A stretch of DNA of 64,000 nt from Candidatus Caldarchaeum sp. (GTDB lineage: Archaea > Thermoproteota > Nitrososphaeria_A > Caldarchaeales > Caldarchaeaceae), in assembly GCA_038885755.1 (NCBI GenBank), contig JAVZZH010000001.1, positions 256,001-320,000 on the forward strand, given 5' to 3'. Position 1 is the first letter of the stretch. Every line of letters starts with the position of its first letter. A model generated the notes under the pieces. It did not search any database, was not told the DNA's origin, and was given only the letters and a program-made list of their open reading frames with translations. Shown here piece by piece: positions 40,184 through 49,528 of the stretch. The position numbers and the translations under genes were made by a program.

Positions 40184-40635
40184 GGCCTTCCACCCCTCAG
40201 ATGTCTCGACAGCTCTTCAAGAGTCATGACGCGTATCACTTTCCCCGACCTGCTTACATAGCTTAGGTGCTTGGCGTCTGGAAACTCAACAGGCTCTCCC
40301 GGAAGGCTCGCCTCCCCCCTTATCACTTCAAGCCTTCTCGAGGCTTCCACACCCCTAGGCTTCTTGCGGGGCAGCATCCTGAGCACGGCGTACCTGAGTA
40401 TGGCCTCGGCTCTCGTCGGATACCAGACTGTTATTTTCTTGTGGGAGGTTAACTGGCGGCGTCTCCTGAGCATCAAGTAGTGTTCGAGTATCGAACTCTT
40501 AGTGCCTGTTATCAGGGCTTTCTCGGCGTTGAAAACCTTAACTCGGTGCCCCTCCAGCAGCAGCTTGGCGATTTTGGAGGCTAGGCGTCCGAGCCTGTAT
40601 CCCTCTGCGTTGACCACGTAGGTCTTCTCATCCAA
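40180..40635 (-). CDS. rpl13: 50S ribosomal protein L13 (uL13)
   Basis: LGRLASKIAKLLL, NAEK and RMLPRK motifs. Confidence 0.94.
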   Translation of the reverse strand: MDEKTYVVNAEGYRLGRLASKIAKLLLEGHRVKVFNAEKALITGTKSSILEHYLMLRRRRQLTSHKKITVWYPTRAEAILRYAVLRMLPRKKPRGVEASRRLEVIRGEASLPGEPVEFPDAKHLSYVSRSGKVIRVMTLEELSRHLRGGRP

Positions 40636-40963
40636 CTAGCTTCACTCCCTTCCTCTGTCCAAACTCTTTGAGGAAGTCCTCTGCCAGCAGGGCCCTTCCT
40701 CCCATGGCCGTGATCTTTTTGTAGGCTGTGCTGGAGAAGCTGAAAGCACCGACCGTCAGCTTCTTGGTTATCACGCCTCCGCCCAGAACCTTGCCCGGCA
40801 CGAAAACAACGTCGTTCTCGACTGTGTGTCTTTCGAGGCGTGAAAGGTTAACCTCTCTCATGTTCCTGCGACTGCGGCCAGCCTCCTCAACCAGCCTCCT
40901 GCTTAGACCCGTCTTAACGCCCAGCTTCCTCACAGCTACTTCAAGCCTCCTTGCGCCGTGCAT
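40628..40963 (-). CDS. rpl18e: 50S ribosomal protein L18e
   Basis: VNLSRL, VPGKVLG and AFSFS motifs. ATG at 40963 is preceded by an SD-like GAGGTG. Confidence 0.93.
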   Translation of the reverse strand: MHGARRLEVAVRKLGVKTGLSRRLVEEAGRSRRNMREVNLSRLERHTVENDVVFVPGKVLGGGVITKKLTVGAFSFSSTAYKKITAMGGRALLAEDFLKEFGQRKGVKLVG

Positions 40964-41588
40964 CGCCAACCACCTCTCCAAAAGCATGTTCAAAGGCAAT
41001 GACTTTATTCTTAACTATTTCCACGGCCTTTAAAAAAATCTCTCTTGGAGGTAGGAAACCATAACCTTCGATGTAAAGGCGGGTCTTCCCCCCATCTCGG
41101 TAGACCGTCGCTATGCCGGGGGTCCATTTTGAATGCTTCTTACCCCTGCCCAGCCTAACGTAAAGCTCCAATTCGACCCTCTGGCCCGGGGCTAGGGAGA
41201 CGATGGGTATGTCGCCGCTGAAAGGAGCGACGACGTCCCCCTCCTTCTCGGGAGTTATGTCCCTAGAGTATAGAGTGACGACGGATGTTGAAGCTTCTCC
41301 CCTGAGGACGAACCTAGCAACGCATCTCTCGCATCCCAGCCTGCTCTGGCAGTCGCATTCCTCGGGAAGCTTGTAGTTCTTCAGGTCGGTGATGAAAGGT
41401 ATAAGGGATATGCGGTGAGAAAGCACTTCGTTAGTCATGCTCGACGAGTTTTCTATCACAAGCACCTCCTCGACAGCCATGGTCGGAACCTCCCTGAGAA
41501 TAGTGCGGCGTAGGGCGTTGACGACGTAGTGAGGTATGTCGTCGACCTCTATGGTTATCGAGTCTTGGTCCTCGGCTGCAACCTTCAA
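40941..41588 (-). CDS. rpoD: RNA polymerase subunit D (Rpo3)
   Basis: NALRR, VPTMAVE, ENSS, HRISLIP and GKKHSKW motifs. Confidence 0.93.
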   Translation of the reverse strand: MKVAAEDQDSITIEVDDIPHYVVNALRRTILREVPTMAVEEVLVIENSSSMTNEVLSHRISLIPFITDLKNYKLPEECDCQSRLGCERCVARFVLRGEASTSVVTLYSRDITPEKEGDVVAPFSGDIPIVSLAPGQRVELELYVRLGRGKKHSKWTPGIATVYRDGGKTRLYIEGYGFLPPREIFLKAVEIVKNKVIAFEHAFGEVVGDARRKEA

Positions 41589-41669
41589 GCTAATGCAGCA
41601 CGTGGCTTACATTATTTAAATTTGTATGAGCAATATCCTTTAATAAAACTGACTCACAGACAACCCGAC

Positions 41670-42020
41670 ATGGAGTCAAAGCTGGAGACATACTCGCTCA
41701 AGATTACGGAGAGAGCAGCTAGGAAGATAGCCCAGCTGATCGCCGAGGAGAAGAACGACAAGCTTGCCTTGAGAATATACATAACGGGAGGGGGCTGCTC
41801 CGGCTACAGGTATGGCATGGCCTTGGACGAGAACGTTTACGACGACGACAGGGTCGTCGAGGCTTACGGCGTAAGGGTGGTGGTGGACTCGTTCAGCGCT
41901 CCTTTCCTAGAGGGCTCTGAGATCGACTATGTCGAGGACGTGATGGGGTCTGGGTTTTCCATCAACAACCCCAACGTCGCCTCCACATGCGGGTGCGGCC
42001 ACTCGTTCAGCATGAAATGA
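41670..42020 (+). CDS. A-type Fe-S carrier (IscA/ErpA/HesB family)
   Basis: GGGCSG, NPN and TCGCGHSF motifs. Confidence 0.93.
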   Translation: MESKLETYSLKITERAARKIAQLIAEEKNDKLALRIYITGGGCSGYRYGMALDENVYDDDRVVEAYGVRVVVDSFSAPFLEGSEIDYVEDVMGSGFSINNPNVASTCGCGHSFSMK

Positions 42021-42475
42021 AGCCCGAGCCCGGGGACAAGGCCCCCGACTTCTCGGCACCCGACCAAGACGGTCGAGTGAGAAGCCTTAAAGAATTGCTG
42101 CAGGGCTATAAGGCTCTCGTTCTATATTTCTACCCTAAGGACGACACGCCGGGATGCACCACCGAGGCCTGTGGCTTCCGAGACTCGATGACGAAGCTCA
42201 AGAGCCGGAACGTTAACGTCGTGGGCGTCAGCGTCGACGACGCGGAATCTCACAGGAAGTTCATTTCGAAGTACGGCCTCAACTTCACGCTCCTCTCGGA
42301 CCAAAGCGGTAGGGTTGCGTCCCTTTACAACTCCTACAGCATGGAGAGGGGTAGGTGCGTCCGCAAGACGTTCGTCATAGACGCGGAAGGAGTAATCAGA
42401 GCTGCCTTCCATAAGGTCAAAGCTGAGGGCCACGCGGAGGAAGTTCTCTCAAAGCTCAAGGAGCTGGGGCTCTGA
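42017..42475 (+). CDS. bcp: BCP-type peroxiredoxin
   Basis: YFYPKDDTPGCTTEAC motif. Confidence 0.93.
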   Translation: MKPEPGDKAPDFSAPDQDGRVRSLKELLQGYKALVLYFYPKDDTPGCTTEACGFRDSMTKLKSRNVNVVGVSVDDAESHRKFISKYGLNFTLLSDQSGRVASLYNSYSMERGRCVRKTFVIDAEGVIRAAFHKVKAEGHAEEVLSKLKELGL

Positions 42476-43154
42476 CCTTCTCTGCGTAGTATCTGCAGAA
42501 GGATGTTATAGGGCAGATCTGGCATCTCGGCCTAGGCTTCCTGCAAACCTCTCGGCCGAAGTTGACGAACGTCATGTTGATGAGGCGTACCTCTTCTGCA
42601 GCGGCCAGCTTCTTGAGCGCGTCTCTTATCTCCTCGTAGCCCGCCTTCGCATCCACTACGCCCAACCTCTTCGCCACAGTCTCCACATGCGTGTCCACAG
42701 CCACCTCCGGCATCCCGTACGCCACAGACAGAACTATGTCAGCCGACTTCGGACCGACTCCGGGAAGCTTCATCAACTCATCCCTGTCAGAGGGGACAAC
42801 GCCGCTTTTCTCGAAAGCTATTATCCTCGCTATCTGCTTGACCCTCCTAGCCTTCTGCCTGTAGAAGCCCACATCCTTGATGAGCTTAGTAATCTCTCTG
42901 ACATCGGCTTCAGCCAGCTCTCTTGGGCTCCGGAACCTCTTCCGAAGATTTTTATAAGCTCTGTCCGTCATCTCGTCCCGGGTTCTGTGCGACAGCACGG
43001 CGCCTATCAACACCCAGAAAGCATCCTTGCCCGAGACGTGGAAGGGAGGGTCTCGTGGGCCGTACCTCTGCCTCAGCAGGTTCAACACGGTCCGGAACTC
43101 CTCCGGCTTCAACACAATCACGGTTGATGGGGCTCTCCGACGGATAAACCTCAT
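42456..43154 (-). CDS. nth: Endonuclease III
   Basis: HhH LPGVGPK, VDTHV and C-terminal CxxxxxxCxxCxxxxxC motifs. Start uncertain. Confidence 0.92.
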   Translation of the reverse strand: MRFIRRRAPSTVIVLKPEEFRTVLNLLRQRYGPRDPPFHVSGKDAFWVLIGAVLSHRTRDEMTDRAYKNLRKRFRSPRELAEADVREITKLIKDVGFYRQKARRVKQIARIIAFEKSGVVPSDRDELMKLPGVGPKSADIVLSVAYGMPEVAVDTHVETVAKRLGVVDAKAGYEEIRDALKKLAAAEEVRLINMTFVNFGREVCRKPRPRCQICPITSFCRYYAEKVRAPAP

Positions 43155-43202
43155 CCTTGTTGATGCGATAGTTTTTTATTAACGCCGTGAAAGCTAGCAA
43201 GC

Positions 43203-43808
43203 ATGAGGAAGTATACTCTTCCAAGCCTGCCGTATGCCTACAACGCTCTCGAACCCGTCATATCGGCTGAAATAATGACCCTGCATCACACGAAGCATCA
43301 TCAGGCCTACGTCAACGGAGCCAACGCGTGCCTAGAACGGTTGGAGAAGGCCCGGAAGGGCGAGAACCCCGAGAACATACGTGGAATACTGCGGGACCTC
43401 AGCTTCAACCTCAGCGGCCACAAGCTGCACGCCGTCTTCTGGCCCAACATGGCTCCACCCGGCAAGGGAGGGGGAAGGCCCGGCGGAAGCATCGCCGACC
43501 AGATCAACAAGGATTTCGGAGACTTCGAATCTTTCAAAAAGCAGTTCAGCGACGCCGCCAAGAACGTCGAGGCTGTTGGATGGGCTGTCCTCACCTACGA
43601 CGCGGAGTCAGACGCCCTAGTCATATACCAGGTTGAGAAGCAGAACTTCATGCATCCGCCTGAGCTGCCCCTACTTCTAACTCTGGACGTCTGGGAGCAC
43701 GCCTACTATCTACAGTACAAGAACGACCGAGCCTCTTACGTCGACAGCTGGTGGAACGTCGTCAACTGGGATGACGTTGACAGGAGGTTCTCGAAGGCGA
43801 AAGCCTAA
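43203..43808 (+). CDS. sod: Fe/Mn superoxide dismutase
   Basis: LHHTKHHQAYV, GHKLH and DVWEHAYY motifs. Confidence 0.96.
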   Translation: MRKYTLPSLPYAYNALEPVISAEIMTLHHTKHHQAYVNGANACLERLEKARKGENPENIRGILRDLSFNLSGHKLHAVFWPNMAPPGKGGGRPGGSIADQINKDFGDFESFKKQFSDAAKNVEAVGWAVLTYDAESDALVIYQVEKQNFMHPPELPLLLTLDVWEHAYYLQYKNDRASYVDSWWNVVNWDDVDRRFSKAKA

Positions 43809-43810
43809 AC

Positions 43811-45007
43811 CTATTTCTTAACCAGCCGATGGCAGAACGCCATGGCTAGGACCGTGACGGCTGTGCACATGGCGACGAGGCTGGGCACTCCCCACACCTC
43901 TAAAACTATCCCCGAGACGAATGGGATTACTATGGACGAGCCCGCTGTCGCTGCGTCGGCGAAGCCTGTCAAACCTCCTCTCTCGCCGGGCGTCGTTAGG
44001 TCCGCTATGTAGGCCGAAGAAGACACCCATACCGCGCTCCAGCCGAGGCCGACGAGGAAAAGGGCTGTTGCGACGACCGGGAACAAGTCCGATGCGAGGA
44101 TCATGACGGTTCCAGCTCCCTCCAGACCTAGCCCCGTCGTCATCAGGGCGACACGTCCATACCTGTCCGAGAGCCTGCCAATAGGTATGGAGAAAGCATA
44201 CATTCCCAAGACGTGAATCATGACGACCGTGGATATCTCAACGGCGGTGTAGTGATGGCCGTACATGACCACGGTGTTGAGCGACATCACCGCAACCATG
44301 ACGCCCGTGGAGGCTGCTGCAGCAAGCACAGCCGTCATGATGGCCGGGTTAGCAGCCATCCGCAAACCGGTCGAACGGGCTTGGTCCGGGTTGCTGAGCT
44401 GTTTGGCCAGCTTCAGCGGTTCTGGCCACACCATCAAAGCCACGGCGGCTCCTGCGGCTGCTATGACTATCGCGTAGTTGAGGGAGTCGACGATGTTTGA
44501 TATGATTGAGGGGTTGAGCTGCGACGTGCTGTATATCAGCAACGGAGCTGTGAGTGTTCCTGCTATGCTGGCGGTCAGGAGCAAGCCTGTTCCAAACCCT
44601 CTCTTTTCGGGCGGAAGTAGGTCGGCCACGGCCACTCTTGTAAACTCGACCATCCCCCGGGCCACGCCGTACAGCATCAGGCTGCTCAGGAAGAGAACGA
44701 GCCTGTAGCTAGATAGAGCGAGAGCGGCGATGGACAGAGACACGGCCGCCAGAGCCATTCCACCTGCTATGACGGGCCTCCTGCCCACCCTGTCCATCAA
44801 CACCCCCATCTGTAAAGTGCTGACCAAACGCCCTCCCCACACGAAAGCCATCCCCAGTCCCGCCAGAGAGGGCGAGCCCCCTAGGAGGAGGATGGATATG
44901 GGGGCGTAAACTATGAGAACTTGGACTATGAGGGTGTTGAGCGCTTGAGCCGCCGCCAGAAGCCCTGTGTTCCTAGCTGTCGTCAGACGCAGGCCGGCTA
45001 TCCTCAA
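43811..45007 (-). CDS. MFS transporter
   Basis: About 12 TM helices with GxxxDRxGRR-type motifs (MDRVGRR and LSDRYGR). Confidence 0.9.
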   Translation of the reverse strand: MRIAGLRLTTARNTGLLAAAQALNTLIVQVLIVYAPISILLLGGSPSLAGLGMAFVWGGRLVSTLQMGVLMDRVGRRPVIAGGMALAAVSLSIAALALSSYRLVLFLSSLMLYGVARGMVEFTRVAVADLLPPEKRGFGTGLLLTASIAGTLTAPLLIYSTSQLNPSIISNIVDSLNYAIVIAAAGAAVALMVWPEPLKLAKQLSNPDQARSTGLRMAANPAIMTAVLAAAASTGVMVAVMSLNTVVMYGHHYTAVEISTVVMIHVLGMYAFSIPIGRLSDRYGRVALMTTGLGLEGAGTVMILASDLFPVVATALFLVGLGWSAVWVSSSAYIADLTTPGERGGLTGFADAATAGSSIVIPFVSGIVLEVWGVPSLVAMCTAVTVLAMAFCHRLVKK

Positions 45008-46061
45008 CCTTTCGTAAACCTCCGGCAGCCCTAGCCTTCCTCATATAAAATTGCATCGGACTCCTGACTCCACCGCACAGCCTTCCCTCCTCTATGCAGA
45101 GACCATGTGCTTGAATAGTTGCGCAGCGGGGAACGGAATACTTGGTCCTGCTGCCCTTGAGGCCTGCGATGTGCTCGACTTGGTAGCGTGCTATACGTGG
45201 GTCAAAGTCTCCTCTCTGAGAATACGCCGCCACCACCTCATCAACCCCCACGCCTATCTTCAGCATGAACGCGGCGAGGGTGAAGTTGGCGAAGTGGCTT
45301 ATCGGCTCTCCGGCCAGCAGCCGGGTTCTAAGGGCTTTCATGCATGGAGGCCAGTTTTCTGGCCCCAGCCTAACTGACGGAAGTTTGTCTGAGATGGTTA
45401 GGGACTCGAGGGCTTTTCTCAGACGGCTGACGTGTTCTTTCAGGAATTCGGGGGGCTCGACCTTGCCGACTTTGTCAAGCCTTTCGTAGACGAGCATCTC
45501 CAGCCCGTTCTTGACGAGTGTCATCGCCTCTGGTCTTGAAACGCCTACGTATCCTTTGTCGACAAGCCTGTTAACCAGCTTGAAACGCGGCTCGTTAAGG
45601 TTTACGGATATCTTCAGGTAGTCTGGAAAATGTATCCAGAATTCATGGGGATGCGTGCCTAGACGGACGTTCATCCCGAGAACTCTAGACATGACGTAGT
45701 GGATCACCTGCCTCTGCCCCTCCCGCACGTTCTTAATCATGCCGGCGTACCTTTCGGCTTCATAGGCTGCGAACCTTCTTTTTGCGACGGCGCTGTCGAG
45801 CATAGCCACCACGGCCATGGCGAGGGGGTGCGAAAGAATCTCCACATCCGACGGCAGGTCGGCTAAAGCCATCCTGCCCGGACTCTTAGACAACGCCTCC
45901 TCAACCCTCCTAACTGCCGTCTCGACCAGAACGTCAGCGTCGGCGAAGTCCTCAAGCCTCAGGTTGAGCGAGGCCACGTATCCCCTTATCTCCTTGAGGA
46001 ACGGGAACTTCGACAAGAACGCCTCGACAACGTATTCGTCCTCCGCCAACCCCTCCAACAA
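44973..46061 (-). CDS. priL: DNA primase large subunit
   Basis: KFPF, KLVNR, WPPCM, YQVEHI, Y..PRC and GLC Fe-S motifs. Confidence 0.92.
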   Translation of the reverse strand: MLEGLAEDEYVVEAFLSKFPFLKEIRGYVASLNLRLEDFADADVLVETAVRRVEEALSKSPGRMALADLPSDVEILSHPLAMAVVAMLDSAVAKRRFAAYEAERYAGMIKNVREGQRQVIHYVMSRVLGMNVRLGTHPHEFWIHFPDYLKISVNLNEPRFKLVNRLVDKGYVGVSRPEAMTLVKNGLEMLVYERLDKVGKVEPPEFLKEHVSRLRKALESLTISDKLPSVRLGPENWPPCMKALRTRLLAGEPISHFANFTLAAFMLKIGVGVDEVVAAYSQRGDFDPRIARYQVEHIAGLKGSRTKYSVPRCATIQAHGLCIEEGRLCGGVRSPMQFYMRKARAAGGLRKVEDSRPASDDS

Positions 46062-46088
46062 TACAACTAGATGAATAAATTCATACCC

Positions 46089-46541
46089 TTATGTAAGCCT
46101 GCTGGTGTCGAAGCCGTGGTGTTTTTTAAGCCACGACGCCTCATTAAGCAGGTCCAACCTGTCGAGCTTGTGTACAAGACGGGCCTCGGGCGAGCTGCGG
46201 CTCAGGTACTCGCTGTACAGCTCAGCGTACCGCTGCCTCAGACCGGGCGGCAGGCCTTGGATGAGCTGGTTTAAGACCGACTTCTCGACAACCTTCAGAA
46301 GCCTAGGCCTAATCTTCCTCTTCAAGGCGGGAGTCAGGTCTCCAAGGTAGCTCTCGGGAAGGTCGTGGATTAAAGCCATCTCGACGGCTTTCAATACGTC
46401 GAGGTTTCTCCTCGAGGCCTCAACCATAGCCAGCAAGGCTACTCCGTAGCTGTGGCTGGCGACTGTCTCAGCCCGTTTGACGCCCAGCTCAACCCATCCA
46501 GACCGGGGCAGTCTTTTGAGGATGGCGACCGCTGTCTTCAG
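46089..46541 (-). CDS. HD-domain phosphohydrolase (YfbR/HDDC2-like)
   Basis: LKRLPRSGW, ETVASHS, IHDLPE and DRLD motifs. Start uncertain (CTG 46541 or ATG 46643). Confidence 0.85.
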   Translation of the reverse strand: MKTAVAILKRLPRSGWVELGVKRAETVASHSYGVALLAMVEASRRNLDVLKAVEMALIHDLPESYLGDLTPALKRKIRPRLLKVVEKSVLNQLIQGLPPGLRQRYAELYSEYLSRSSPEARLVHKLDRLDLLNEASWLKKHHGFDTSRLT

Positions 46542-47776
46542 CCAACGGCTCGGATCCTTCTCAGCAGCTTCTCCAGCCCCGTGCTGTACTGGAGGGCCTT
46601 CTTCTCCACCTCCGCTAACTCCCCCAGGCCTACGACCCTGCATGCTTCACGAAGTATTTTCTTCCTTACAACCTTTCCATTTTCAAACGACAGCTTCAAG
46701 CTTAGGGGTGTGCCTAAAGCAGCCTCCACCACACTCCTGCACAGGTAAGGCGTTATCAAGTATGCTCCCGCGGACCGGACAGCCAAGAAGTCTCGGGGTA
46801 GCCCGAACTCGTTGAGCTTGTGAAAATCATCCATCATCATTCTCTCCACGGCTTTAGGACCGTGCTCAACCAAGGCTTTGCCGTACTTCATGTATCCGCC
46901 GAAGAGCTCGTCAGCACCCTGTCCAGAGACCGAGGCCAAGCATCCCGATTCCACTGCCTTAGCCGCAAGCATCTTCATCGCCACAGATATCGATGCATCC
47001 ATGAGCTTCATGCTGCCCAGCCAGACCTCCAGCTCCTTAAGAGCCTGTTTGACGTCGTTGGGCTCAGCCTCGACCCGGACAACATCCATCCCGAGAACCT
47101 CCGCAGCCCTGAGACTTCTGACGAAGTCGGAGCTGCCTCTGACGCCTAAGGTGAAAAGCTTGGGCTTAAGCCCGTTGTCTAGCCCCAGCTTAGCCAGCAG
47201 GAGGCTGTCCAGCCCGCCTGAGAAGAAGACGGCGTGTGTTTTGGGGCAGAGTCGCCTTATGCAGTAGGATAGATTGTTCAAAAGAGTTTCGGGCCCCGCC
47301 TCCACGGGGTTTAGCCTAGTTGTATGAAAGGCTTGGTTTGAAAGCAGCTTCAGCAGCGTTGCAGGCGGAAGAGGGCTTGGGCTGCTGGCCCACGCCGAAG
47401 CTTCGGCAGGCATGTTCGTGGCAATTCTAGCCCTGCCGTCGACGACGTAAACGGGCACGAGGCCTGCGTGATCCCTGAAGACGATGACGTCATCCTCGAC
47501 CACAACGCCTGCGTAAAAACCGTCAAAACTACGCAAAGCATCCATACGCCCGGGCTGCACAACCTCCTCCGCAAAACTTCTCGGGCTAGGGCCTAAAGCC
47601 TGCACCACGGCTTTGTCGAAGTCAGCCTCGTAGTAAGTTTCAGCGGACACCCCCTCTCCCGAGACGTAGAGGCAGGCCGCCGCCCCTCCCTGCAGACGGA
47701 CGACGTGAGAACGCTCAGGCTCGAACGTCCTCGGCCTCGTCTCCCCGTCCCCGACAGAGGCCAGAAAACGTATCAT
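46538..47776 (-). CDS. Asparagine synthase-related protein
   Basis: PP-loop FSGGLDS, SGQGADELFGGY and KKALQY motifs. No N-terminal nucleophile Cys. Confidence 0.8.
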   Translation of the reverse strand: MIRFLASVGDGETRPRTFEPERSHVVRLQGGAAACLYVSGEGVSAETYYEADFDKAVVQALGPSPRSFAEEVVQPGRMDALRSFDGFYAGVVVEDDVIVFRDHAGLVPVYVVDGRARIATNMPAEASAWASSPSPLPPATLLKLLSNQAFHTTRLNPVEAGPETLLNNLSYCIRRLCPKTHAVFFSGGLDSLLLAKLGLDNGLKPKLFTLGVRGSSDFVRSLRAAEVLGMDVVRVEAEPNDVKQALKELEVWLGSMKLMDASISVAMKMLAAKAVESGCLASVSGQGADELFGGYMKYGKALVEHGPKAVERMMMDDFHKLNEFGLPRDFLAVRSAGAYLITPYLCRSVVEAALGTPLSLKLSFENGKVVRKKILREACRVVGLGELAEVEKKALQYSTGLEKLLRRIRAVG

Positions 47777-47835
47777 CGGACAGCCGGTGTACAAGCGTTA
47801 AAGGATTTATAAAACGTCGCCGGATTCTACGCTGG

Positions 47836-48006
47836 ATGGGTGAGGCCTGCAGCCACGTCCTCGAGTTCATAGGTGAGCAGAAGGCGGAGAACGGTGTCAA
47901 CAAGTATTTTAGATGCGTGAGGTGCGGCGACGTGTTTGTCCAAACAGCTGACGAGTCTAAAACCTACCGTATACCCGGTGTCAAGAACGTTCAAACGCCT
48001 AGGTGA
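47836..48006 (+). CDS. Small zinc-ribbon-like protein (56 aa, below ORF-track cut-off)
   Basis: MGEACSHVLEFIGEQKAENGVNKYFRCVRCGDVFVQ...; CxH and CxxC motifs. TATA box TTTATAAA at about 47806-47813. Confidence 0.7.
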   Translation: MGEACSHVLEFIGEQKAENGVNKYFRCVRCGDVFVQTADESKTYRIPGVKNVQTPR

Positions 48007-48461
48007 AGCTCGTCGGCGGTCAACCCTACCGCGTGGAAGACCTCCTCCCCCACCCTCGCCAGCTCCTCCCTGTGTTTTTGTTTGAGCGAGTTGTAGACAC
48101 GGTAGAAGACCTGCCTGACCCTCTCAACCCGCTCGAACAGTTCGGCGGCGTTGCGGTATGTCTCGGTCTTCAGCTTCAGCTTCTTCGCCCCATCTTCCTG
48201 TATGCTGATGAAATACCTTATCCTGCCCGGAAGGCTCAGGAAGCTCTGGAACACACCTTCGACGGCATCGGCCTCAGCCTCGACGAGGACTGAGTAGCTC
48301 CGTCTCCGGCCGTTCTCAACCTTCACCACGTCTATCGCGAAACCGCATCTTCCGAACCGGTTGTAGATTATCTTCTCCCGGGGATAGTGTCTGTGAGTAG
48401 CCAACCCAACCACTCCCTCCGACTCCACCAGCTTAACAATCTCGTCGACGATTTCGGACAT
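47991..48461 (-). CDS. Hypothetical protein
   Basis: 156-aa ATG-started ORF with protein-like composition that fills the gap; no recognised motif. Confidence 0.65.
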   Translation of the reverse strand: MSEIVDEIVKLVESEGVVGLATHRHYPREKIIYNRFGRCGFAIDVVKVENGRRRSYSVLVEAEADAVEGVFQSFLSLPGRIRYFISIQEDGAKKLKLKTETYRNAAELFERVERVRQVFYRVYNSLKQKHREELARVGEEVFHAVGLTADELHLGV

Positions 48462-48558
48462 GGTGGTTTACTTGATTTACGGCTGAAGATAAGTGTTGGG
48501 CTGAGAAGCCGTTAAGGTTTTTATCATACACGCCAGCAGCCACGTCAGGTAGTCTGGA

Positions 48559-49524
48559 ATGGGTAGGCGTAAGTACTCTAGGCCGAGGCACGGCTCTCTA
48601 GCATACCTGCCCAGGGGGAGGTCTAGAAGCCTTCTCCCCAGGGTCAAGCACTGGCCCGACAGTCGTGAGGGACCGCTCGGCTTCATAGTCTACAAGGTCG
48701 GCATGACTTCTGTACATTACATCGACAACAGGCCTGGGTCTCCGACCCAGGGAAGCGAGGTCGTCTCGCCTGCCACCGTCGTAGCGGCTCCGCCTCTCAA
48801 GGTCATCGGCTTGTCTCTGTACGCTGAGAAGGACGGAAGACTGGTCAACGTCCTGAAGGCCTGGAGCAGCCAAGGAGTTGAGGATGTTGTCCGGAGGAAC
48901 CCGACGTTCAAGCCGACCCCCGGTCCTGAAGCGGTTGAGGAGTTGCGTGAAGACTTGGCCGAGGTTCGGCTGGTGGTGGCGACGCAGCCGCGTCTTGTTG
49001 GAGCTGGCAAGAAGCCTAACATAGCCGAGATTAAACTGGGCGGCTCGCCCAGTCAAAGCCTGAAGAGGGGGCTGGAGCTTCTCGGCAAGGAGATCAGGAT
49101 TTCTGACGTCTTCAAGGACGGTGAGTTCGTCGACGTCGTGGGTGTGTCGAAGGGCAAGGGTTTTCAGGGTGTTGTTAAAAGGTACGGCGTCTCGATACTT
49201 CAGAGGAAGTCGAGGAAGACTAGGCGAGGAGTTGCCGCCATCGGGCCATGGAACCCTCACTACGTTATGTACACCGTTCCCAGGTCTGGTCAGATGGGCT
49301 ACCACAGAAGAACCGAATACAACAAACGTATCCTCAAGATAGGGTCGGACCCGAGCTCCGTCAACCCCAAGTCGGGATGGCACAGGTATGGTCTGGTGAG
49401 GACGGACTACGCACTCATCGAGGGAAGCCTGCCAGGCACGCCTCTCAGGCCTCTTGTCCTACGATGTCCTGCAAAGCCTCCAAAGCCCTTGGAGCCTCCG
49501 CAGATAAACTTGGTTGAGGTGTAG
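48559..49524 (+). CDS. rpl3: 50S ribosomal protein L3
   Basis: PRHGSL, YKVGMT, KGKGFQGVVKR and GQMGYHRRTEYNK motifs. Confidence 0.97.
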   Translation: MGRRKYSRPRHGSLAYLPRGRSRSLLPRVKHWPDSREGPLGFIVYKVGMTSVHYIDNRPGSPTQGSEVVSPATVVAAPPLKVIGLSLYAEKDGRLVNVLKAWSSQGVEDVVRRNPTFKPTPGPEAVEELREDLAEVRLVVATQPRLVGAGKKPNIAEIKLGGSPSQSLKRGLELLGKEIRISDVFKDGEFVDVVGVSKGKGFQGVVKRYGVSILQRKSRKTRRGVAAIGPWNPHYVMYTVPRSGQMGYHRRTEYNKRILKIGSDPSSVNPKSGWHRYGLVRTDYALIEGSLPGTPLRPLVLRCPAKPPKPLEPPQINLVEV

Positions 49525-49528
49525 CGTG

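Noticed and set aside
48460-48510. Possible C/D sRNA upstream of rpl3 (TGAAGA-11 nt-CTGA)
   Set aside because: Only half of the box set is present and no rRNA target was recognised; the region is a divergent promoter.
48598-49383. Long antisense ORFs (here and at 6516-7184, 12573-13277, 25945-26463 and 55163-55771)
   Set aside because: They are shadow frames opposite conserved genes, expected from codon bias in G+C-rich DNA.
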